A stretch of DNA of 64,000 bases from Minisyncoccia bacterium. GTDB lineage: Bacteria > Patescibacteriota > Minisyncoccia > Phycocordibacterales > UBA918. The notes below the pieces were generated by a model. The model was not told the DNA's origin and did not search any database. It worked only from the letters and a program-made list of their open reading frames with translations. How positions within the stretch are numbered: position 1 is the stretch's first letter; every line of letters begins with the position of its first letter. The stretch lies in assembly GCA_046598345.1 (NCBI GenBank), contig JBKJIT010000004.1, forward strand, positions 329,226 through 393,225, in the 5' to 3' direction. Positions 57,312 through 64,000 of the stretch are shown piece by piece. The translations under genes and the position numbers were made by a program.

Positions 57312-57656
57312 ATGAGGCAAATTTCTGTAGTACTCGATCACTGGATCGAGATGTTCATGGAAGTACTAGGGCTCAAAAAAAAGAAACCGGAGACGCCCTT
57401 AGTCTGCATGCTTTCCCTCTACCACGAGGGGGGTACAAGTCAGACGCTCGCATTTTCCGTTCGGTCGGGAATGGAAGCACGTGGCCTGGCGGTTGCTGCT
57501 GTATCAGGAATTGAACTCCCGGACATTGTGTTGCCTAAGGCAGCCTATGCTACAGTAAGCTTTCAGGAAACCGGGAAAAGACGTGAAGAACATGCCTTCC
57601 CTGAAAGGTTTCCTCACAAGTTGGGAATTGTGGATCAGGCATTACACGGATACTAG
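57312..57656 (+). CDS. Hypothetical protein (ORFan with SD)
   Basis: TTGACG-N16-TATAAT at 57250..57277; AGGAGG at 57300; terminator at 57676..57703. Confidence 0.6.
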   Translation: MRQISVVLDHWIEMFMEVLGLKKKKPETPLVCMLSLYHEGGTSQTLAFSVRSGMEARGLAVAAVSGIELPDIVLPKAAYATVSFQETGKRREEHAFPERFPHKLGIVDQALHGY

Positions 57657-57707
57657 AGCTTCACACTGCAACACTAAAGTCGGCGATTCGTCGCCGGCTT
57701 TTTATAT

Positions 57708-58727
57708 TTAATACCGCTCAGGTGCTGCGAAATCAAAGAGGATATCACAGGTAGCGTAGTCACACGAAGATCGCAAACCATCGCCAGTTCTATTGCGCAC
57801 ATTCACATACACAGTGTCCCCTGATTGCAAATTAAATAGAGCAAGATTCGTTCTTACACTATTTGGGTTGTTAACCGTAAAGTACCCAGTAGGTGCCGTG
57901 TCACCACTTTTGAGCTGTGACCAAAGATACGAACCTGATTGGAAGTCACAAGGATTTTTCGAAACGGTGTACTCTCGTGAAGTAACTGTTCCGCCTGGCA
58001 CCTCCGCAATACGAATGAGCCCTAGATGATTGATGTTAAGCGCTGGAGTAAATGTGTACGGCACCACAACTTTAAACGCAATGGTCTGATCCTTAAATCC
58101 TTCTAGAACGACTGCATTATACGAACCATAGCTCCCACTTCCCGTAATCGGACGTACTTGTCCATCCTTAGGCCAATAGGTGTTTGTTCGTGCATCGAGC
58201 GGGACAATCCTATCATTCGTACCACAGTAATTAGTACTGTTAGTAGTAAGTGGATTATTCGTCACTGTGGTTCCCCCGAGGGCACCTGTCCCGGTAACAG
58301 GATTAAATCCCACGTATGTTAAACGTGTATTCGATGAAGCGGAATATGTACACGTAAGTGTGTACCCGTCACGAACGGAGCCAGTAAGCCTAATCGAAGA
58401 ACAAGGGACATTTACTGTAGAACCACTACCAGTTCCCGCTGAATTAAAGGCCGTGTAGCCAGTACCATCTGTAATATTGGTGACGGGTAGCGTTGCTCTA
58501 TCTCCAGTAGTTCCTCCGCTCGTCGAAGTTGTACACCCAGCTGGCTGCGGACTGAATCCACATGACTCCCAGAAAAAGCCATTGCATACCATTTTGAACT
58601 GGTTGTTAGCGTCCATCGTGGTTGCTCCTTTTGAAGAACACGCGCTGCTGTCGTTTGCGGCAAACGTAGGTGTCGTTTGTACATTAAACGTAAAGAGGAC
58701 AAGGGCGATAAATAGTAGTTGTTTCAT
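57708..58727 (-). CDS. Secreted Cys-rich protein, paralog of 58734..60185
   Basis: Signal peptide; shared N-terminal module and TIAF, PCDF, YVNV and CDILFDFA motifs. Confidence 0.78.
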   Translation of the reverse strand: MKQLLFIALVLFTFNVQTTPTFAANDSSACSSKGATTMDANNQFKMVCNGFFWESCGFSPQPAGCTTSTSGGTTGDRATLPVTNITDGTGYTAFNSAGTGSGSTVNVPCSSIRLTGSVRDGYTLTCTYSASSNTRLTYVGFNPVTGTGALGGTTVTNNPLTTNSTNYCGTNDRIVPLDARTNTYWPKDGQVRPITGSGSYGSYNAVVLEGFKDQTIAFKVVVPYTFTPALNINHLGLIRIAEVPGGTVTSREYTVSKNPCDFQSGSYLWSQLKSGDTAPTGYFTVNNPNSVRTNLALFNLQSGDTVYVNVRNRTGDGLRSSCDYATCDILFDFAAPERY

Positions 58728-58733
58728 ATATAT

Positions 58734-60185
58734 TTACTGGGTTGCAGATCGCTGCTCTTCTATCGCTGCTCTTATGGCTGAGACACCCGGACAATTTGAA
58801 TACACATTTCTTCCTCTATCATCGGTGTGCTGTGGTGCATTTGCCGCACTCATACCTGCGTTTAGGCCAGTGATGTTATAGGTAATAGCACAGGCCAAAA
58901 TTGGATGAGCTGCGTTCCAGGCACTTGAATAAAGGGGCCATCCAGGTGCAGCAGGATCCTCAGGCCACTCTGTACCATCAGAGCGGACGTCCGAAAAGCC
59001 TTTGCCACGACCTGGTATAGCAAAATCGAAAAGAATGTCACATTTGCGCTCCCCGTATGCATTAGGTCCGCACGTTTCTCTGTCTGTAATGTCGGGCAAC
59101 GCTTGCCCAGGATCGGGAATGGTTCCATACCCTTTCGTATCATGAGAAACGTTTACGTAGATAACTTCTCCTGGATGGAACATCATAACCCCGTCACCAG
59201 GCGATGTATAACCTGGTTTTTCCCAGACGCCAAAATTAATACCTGGAGCAGAACCACCCGGTCCACCTTTCATAATAATATTTGCACTACCTTCCTGTCC
59301 AAAATCACAAGGTCGCTTTGAAACAGAAATCATATGATCCGTGGTTTCGTGCCCTGGTTTTTCAGCAATATGCACAAAGCCTACAGGAGAATACCCCAAG
59401 AAAGGATTGACCGCGCTTGCGTAACTCGTTACTAAGAGCTGTTGAGGGAAAAGCCATTTTGAAGCCACAGTCGATGGATTCTTATTTGGAATAACAATCC
59501 GGAATGCGATTGTCTCATCCACAAACCCAGAAGTCATTGGACGAGTCTGTCCACCTGATCCAGGCCACGGAACATCCACAATTGAGTCTTTCGAACGACA
59601 GTACCCGCGTCCAGTTAGGTAATTTGGCGCAATCCACGTGCTGCTGTTTGTTCCTCCTCCGAGCGCACCAGTGCCTGTAATCGGATTAAAACCAACATGG
59701 GTAAGGCTTGTACTCCCACTCGTAGCCGGCGTACATGTCACCGTGTAGCCTCCCGTAACTGAACCCGTAAGCTGCATTGATGCGCACGCCACATTTGAAA
59801 CTCCTCCATTCCCTAAAATAGCGGTAACGGGGAGCGTGATGCGGTCTCCGGTAGCACGTTGCGCTGCGAGCTGCGCCTGAAGCATCTGAATTTGTGCAGT
59901 AAGAGCCACTACCTGTGCCTCAAGTGCGGCAATTGTACTTACTGATCCACCTGTACTTCCTCCAGAGGTTCCCGAACCACTTGTACACCCTGCTGGCTGC
60001 GGACTGAATCCACATGACTCCCAGAAAAAGCCATTGCATACCATTTTAAACTGGTTGTTAGCGTCCATAGTGGTTGCTCCTTTACTCGTACAGGCGTCAC
60101 TGTCGTTTGCGGCAAAAGTGAACTCCGCATTAATACCGAAAACAGCAATAAGGAGGAACAGCGGGATGAGAAGTAGATATTTCAT
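58734..60185 (-). CDS. Secreted Cys-rich protein, paralog of 57708..58727
   Basis: ATG 60185 with TGGTATACT 6 nt upstream; coiled-coil insert; shared motifs. Confidence 0.78.
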   Translation of the reverse strand: MKYLLLIPLFLLIAVFGINAEFTFAANDSDACTSKGATTMDANNQFKMVCNGFFWESCGFSPQPAGCTSGSGTSGGSTGGSVSTIAALEAQVVALTAQIQMLQAQLAAQRATGDRITLPVTAILGNGGVSNVACASMQLTGSVTGGYTVTCTPATSGSTSLTHVGFNPITGTGALGGGTNSSTWIAPNYLTGRGYCRSKDSIVDVPWPGSGGQTRPMTSGFVDETIAFRIVIPNKNPSTVASKWLFPQQLLVTSYASAVNPFLGYSPVGFVHIAEKPGHETTDHMISVSKRPCDFGQEGSANIIMKGGPGGSAPGINFGVWEKPGYTSPGDGVMMFHPGEVIYVNVSHDTKGYGTIPDPGQALPDITDRETCGPNAYGERKCDILFDFAIPGRGKGFSDVRSDGTEWPEDPAAPGWPLYSSAWNAAHPILACAITYNITGLNAGMSAANAPQHTDDRGRNVYSNCPGVSAIRAAIEEQRSATQ

Positions 60186-60267
60186 AGAATAAGTATACCA
60201 AGAGAATGGAAGCTGAAACGAAATGTTCACACCCAGTGGATTCCGGCCGAAATAGACTGAAAATGCT

Positions 60268-60900
60268 TTAGCGCGAATACGCACCCTCCGACCATGCACA
60301 TACATTTTTACCATCAGTACGATTGTGCATGAGATGGGTTATTTCTACATTTCGCATGCGGAGAATATGGGAAAGATATGGGAAGAGTACCGTAAACGAA
60401 ATATTTCGATCGTGGCACATGTAGGCTGAAAGCAAGTTAATGAACATTGTGTGCGATACCACCACAATTGATTCATGCTTAGGTTCAAACGCTTCAAGGA
60501 AATTGAGCGCGTGATCAATGCGAATCTTGATATCGGTGAAATTTTCTGCATCTTTCATGTGCCAGGACCTATTGTCACGATGCAAGATCGAGAGGAGTAC
60601 ATACACAAAAGTCTCTGGATGAAAGTGCGACTTTCCATAGAGTGCGGTTGGCCTTCGGATTTCATGAAAAAGCGTACTAACACGGGGAGTAAGGCCGAGA
60701 TTGTTCCCGATAATTCCCGCGGTTTCTTTGGTACGTACAAAATCGCTTGTAATGAGGAGCGTAGGATTAAGCGCCCGAAGCTCTTCAGCGATGGTGCGTG
60801 CTTGTTCAGCACCTCGGGGCGAAAGCGGAGTACTCGGAGGTTGGTGCGTATGCGAACGATTCTCCATTGATTCTCCGTGCCGAACAAAATAGATGTGCAT
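60268..60900 (-). CDS. Histidine phosphatase family protein
   Basis: YFVRHGES, TSDFVRTKET and VVSH motifs. Confidence 0.9.
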   Translation of the reverse strand: MHIYFVRHGESMENRSHTHQPPSTPLSPRGAEQARTIAEELRALNPTLLITSDFVRTKETAGIIGNNLGLTPRVSTLFHEIRRPTALYGKSHFHPETFVYVLLSILHRDNRSWHMKDAENFTDIKIRIDHALNFLEAFEPKHESIVVVSHTMFINLLSAYMCHDRNISFTVLFPYLSHILRMRNVEITHLMHNRTDGKNVCAWSEGAYSR

Positions 60901-60902
60901 AG

Positions 60903-61949
60903 TTATGCTTCGTTAGGAGTGCAGACTTCAACAAGAGCAAGCTCGAGAGGAATTTGTGGGAGATACATCTTCCCCATTTGTTCAAAAGCCGAAAGAAACC
61001 GGAGGAGGAGATGCGAGTTGATAGGACTTTTGGGTGCTTGTGCTAATTGGAACAGCAATTTCCCTTCATCATCTCCTAACTCTGAGGAAAAACGCTCGTG
61101 TTCCTTCTTACTGTGCCGTATAAGAATCACTGCCCTGAGTCGCTCGAGTATGAGTCGAAGAAATAATTTCATGTCTGCCCCCGCATCAACTGCCTGCTGA
61201 ATTGCCGTGAGTCCCCGCTCTGCATCTTTCTCAACAATTGCATTAATGAACTCAATAATAAGTGCACTTCGGGGAGCCCCCACAATACGCGCAACTTCGT
61301 CGGGACTGGCAGTCTGATCGTCTGAAGCAAGGATGACTTTCTGCGTAATGCCGAGAGCATCACGAAACGCCCCATCAGCAGCAATGGCAATGAGGTCGGC
61401 AGCAGCGCCCTCGAGTTTGAATTTCTCTTTTTTTGCAACCGCAAGAACTGTTTCCTTGAGTTCCTGTCGCGAGGGTGACTTGAACTCAAATACCTGACAC
61501 CTTGAAATAATAGTAGGAAGTAGTTTTTCATACTCAGTCGTTGCAAGAACAAATACGACATGTGCTGGCGGTTCTTCGAGCGTCTTCAGGAGCGCATTGA
61601 ATGCCTCCTTCGTGAGCATATGCACCTCATCAATGATGTACACCTTGTACGCAGATTCATACGGAAGTGTGCGCACAGCGTCGTTTAAAGCGCGAATGTC
61701 ATCAATGCCACGGTTTGATGCTGCGTCTATCTCGTAAATGTCGATATCACGAGCACCAATTTCATGAGCAAAAATACGCGCAACCGTGGTCTTTCCGATT
61801 CCTCGCGAACCAACAAAAAGGAGCGCGTGCGGAATCGCTTTTTTCTTAATTGCACCCTGAAGTACAGAAACAATATGGTCTTGATTGCGTACCTCGTCGA
61901 ATGTCGCAGGGCGATATTTGCGATACAGCGCGGTTGGAATTTCTTGCAT
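60903..61949 (-). CDS. dnaX: DNA polymerase III subunit gamma/tau (short form)
   Basis: LYRKYRP, GSRGIGKTT, EIDAASNRG, IDEVHML, NALLKTLEEPP and SRC motifs. Confidence 0.96.
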   Translation of the reverse strand: MQEIPTALYRKYRPATFDEVRNQDHIVSVLQGAIKKKAIPHALLFVGSRGIGKTTVARIFAHEIGARDIDIYEIDAASNRGIDDIRALNDAVRTLPYESAYKVYIIDEVHMLTKEAFNALLKTLEEPPAHVVFVLATTEYEKLLPTIISRCQVFEFKSPSRQELKETVLAVAKKEKFKLEGAAADLIAIAADGAFRDALGITQKVILASDDQTASPDEVARIVGAPRSALIIEFINAIVEKDAERGLTAIQQAVDAGADMKLFLRLILERLRAVILIRHSKKEHERFSSELGDDEGKLLFQLAQAPKSPINSHLLLRFLSAFEQMGKMYLPQIPLELALVEVCTPNEA

Positions 61950-62173
61950 ACACACTATAGTACGGTATGTACATCATTTTTTCTATTGTATACAAGAGGT
62001 GGTTTTTGAACCCCCTTACTAGTCTGTCCAGAATGCCTCTTCCGCTTGCGGCGAGGATGAATGGACATAAAAAATAGCAACGGCGGAGCCGTTTCTACTG
62101 CTAGAAAAAACACCCTGGTGCCGCCGGCGTAATTCCCCGTCGGCCTGCCGCGGGGATAGCGAGGCGGACGTTT

Positions 62174-63082
62174 TTACTGGAAAGAATCTGTAATTTCTTT
62201 AGTAACTACTTTCATGAGAGGGCATTCCATCCCAAGGTAGCAGAGCGCGAGCACGGGGTGTGCTTCTACGTACGTAAGCGAACGAAGGATGTCACCTTTA
62301 AGGTCGGCACTCCCCAAAAGTACAATGCCAATTTCACCTGTACCGTCATCACTTCTAAAGGTTCCTACGAAAGTACGTCCCGCTTCCGATGTATACCCAT
62401 GTTTCCCTCCCGTAAAATTTGGAAGTGTGCGTGCGGGATTATTATTTATAAACCCGGTCTCATCGCTAATATACATTTTAAGTTGTGTGATATCAGCGAT
62501 GTGCGGATGGTCTCTCCGCAGCGCCACGTAAAACTTGGCAAGATCAGTTACTGCAGACATATCCGTCGCACTAAGGCCAGTCGCGTCTTCAATGTGCGTA
62601 CTCGTGAGTGCGAGTTCGCTTGTGAGTGCTGACACACTCGCGTCAAATTCTGCGCCCAGCGTCCGCTTGATTGCAACACCTGCATCATTTGATGATTCTA
62701 TGAGGAGAGGGAAAAGAAGCTCCCGAGGGGTTGCTTGCTTGCCTGCATACAGTTTTCCCGAGCGCCCCTCTGTAGAAATATCACTCCACGTTACCGTCAT
62801 TACAGTATCCTTTTTCTCGCTTTCAAGTACTGCATATGCAGTAAATAATTTTGCGATTGACGCAATTGGGACTGCGGTTGTCACGTTATTCCCCGCAAGA
62901 ATCTCACCCGTATGCACATCAAAAATCCCCCACGTGTCAGTTGTAAGATCTCCCGTTGTGCCGAGTGAAGCTTGATTATTTCGACTTACGAGTCCCGGGG
63001 TATACGATACGAGAGTACCGAGAAGCGAAATGCTCACAAATACGAGAACGAATACGAGTGATAGCGCGATTTTGCCGTACAT
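62174..63082 (-). CDS. D-alanyl-D-alanine carboxypeptidase (peptidase S11)
   Basis: ASIAK (SxxK), SSND (SxN) and GGKHGYT (KTG-like) motifs. Confidence 0.85.
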   Translation of the reverse strand: MYGKIALSLVFVLVFVSISLLGTLVSYTPGLVSRNNQASLGTTGDLTTDTWGIFDVHTGEILAGNNVTTAVPIASIAKLFTAYAVLESEKKDTVMTVTWSDISTEGRSGKLYAGKQATPRELLFPLLIESSNDAGVAIKRTLGAEFDASVSALTSELALTSTHIEDATGLSATDMSAVTDLAKFYVALRRDHPHIADITQLKMYISDETGFINNNPARTLPNFTGGKHGYTSEAGRTFVGTFRSDDGTGEIGIVLLGSADLKGDILRSLTYVEAHPVLALCYLGMECPLMKVVTKEITDSFQ

Positions 63083-63104
63083 ATGTATAGAATACCGTGG
63101 AGGT

Positions 63105-63154
63105 AGAAATGAAGCGAGCGCACTTACGTAGGTAAGTGCGCTCGCTTCATTTCT
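63105..63154 (-). terminator. Long hairpin terminator
   Basis: agaaatgaagcgagcgcacttac/gtaagtgcgctcgcttcatttct. Confidence 0.75.
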
Positions 63155-63160
63155 TTCTGT

Positions 63161-63631
63161 CTATTTTGAGGCTGACTTCGCCGCGCTCTTCTTTACCGTC
63201 TTTTTCGCTGCAGTCTTTTTTGGAGCCGACTTTTTAGGTGCAGTACCTCCTAGTTTCTTAGCTGCAACAGAAACCGTCTGCATGACGCCACTTTTTTGGA
63301 TCTTTCCCCAGTGGTTCTTCATTTCTTTTTTGAAATCAGTCACTTCAGTCGCACTTGCATTCCTCACTTTTCCGTAAGCCCCTCCAACCGTATCAACAAT
63401 TGCTTTGTATTCTGATTCCGTGATGTGTTCAGCCTTCTCAAGTGCTTCAAGAACATCAGCCTTAGCTTTAAGTGCCCAGCTCTTTACCTTCTTACGATTC
63501 TTTGGAGCCTCCGCACTCCCATAGAGAAAATACGCTCCTGCCGCTGCAACCGCTGCAGCGGTAAGACCTACTCCGATCCCCATTTTTTGTGCTCCGCTCA
63601 TTTCTTTTTTCGTTTTCTTTGGTGCTGCCAT
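63161..63631 (-). CDS. Hypothetical protein with one TM (YtxH-like) and a Lys/Ala-rich tail
   Basis: AAAGAYFLYGS; APKKSAPKKTAAKKTVKK tail. Confidence 0.75.
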   Translation of the reverse strand: MAAPKKTKKEMSGAQKMGIGVGLTAAAVAAAGAYFLYGSAEAPKNRKKVKSWALKAKADVLEALEKAEHITESEYKAIVDTVGGAYGKVRNASATEVTDFKKEMKNHWGKIQKSGVMQTVSVAAKKLGGTAPKKSAPKKTAAKKTVKKSAAKSASK

Positions 63632-63639
63632 ACAGAAAT

Positions 63640-63966
63640 TTAATCTTCGTTCTTAATTTTTAATTCTGCCTTTCCTCCTTCTGCCGTTTTCGCAGCACTT
63701 CCCTTACGCGCTGTTCCCTCTTTTCGCTCACCGAATATCTTTCGAATAATCCTGGAGAGCGGACTTGATTCTGCGAAGTATGTACGAAGATGTGCCATGT
63801 CTTCAGCAATCACTTCACTTCCCGCTTCAATTCGATCCATTACACTACGAATTGATTTAAGAATGCGAATCACGTGATACAGCACAACACACAAAAGCAT
63901 CGTACATACGATGACCGCTATTCCAGTGACAAAGAAAAAGATATTCGCTTGCAATACCTCGCTCAT
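63640..63966 (-). CDS. Hypothetical single-TM protein
   Basis: ANIFFFVTGIAV hydrophobic N-terminus followed by a coiled coil. Confidence 0.7.
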   Translation of the reverse strand: MSEVLQANIFFFVTGIAVIVCTMLLCVVLYHVIRILKSIRSVMDRIEAGSEVIAEDMAHLRTYFAESSPLSRIIRKIFGERKEGTARKGSAAKTAEGGKAELKIKNED

Positions 63967-64000
63967 AGCTCCATTGTACCAAACTCATTAGACGTCTTCT

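Noticed and set aside
58530-60116. DGR template/variable repeat pair
   Set aside because: Mismatches are not adenine-specific, are mostly synonymous, and both copies are N-terminal coding sequence
61960-62173. SRP RNA (ffs), often found upstream of dnaX
   Set aside because: The conserved SRP domain IV motif (CAGG...GGAA...AGCAG) was not found on either strand

Overview
Gene-dense bacterial chromosomal window using the standard genetic code. The gene style (many secreted or surface ORFans, few biosynthetic genes, SD-less starts) suggests Patescibacteria/CPR, probably Parcubacteria; this is an inference. Contents: a WxL/DUF916-like surface cluster with C-type-lectin (FGE) genes; umuC and umuD separated by a REP-associated HUH transposase (RAYT) island; a 2210-aa repeat adhesin; stress and housekeeping genes (HI0933, pseudouridine synthase, Csp, peroxiredoxin, MltG, frameshifted MPG, S9 peptidase); a DUF4331-TPR-HupE/UreJ-MarR operon; a CsoR-CopA copper operon beside tRNA-Gln(UUG); dnaX; and a DD-carboxypeptidase. 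The most notable observations are: (1) a RAYT carrying its own 25-bp REP in-frame inside its coding sequence and over its promoter, with two more copies bracketing an ITPase gene, all between umuD and umuC; (2) a motor-less FtsK (alpha+gamma domains only); (3) two coexisting gene grammars, near-leaderless core genes versus self-contained promoter-SD-ORF-terminator cassettes, one of which is an orphan Rieske oxygenase; (4) a second palindromic repeat family bracketing tspO. No CRISPR array, rRNA, reverse transcriptase or integrase was seen. All family assignments come from reading motifs by eye, not from database searches.
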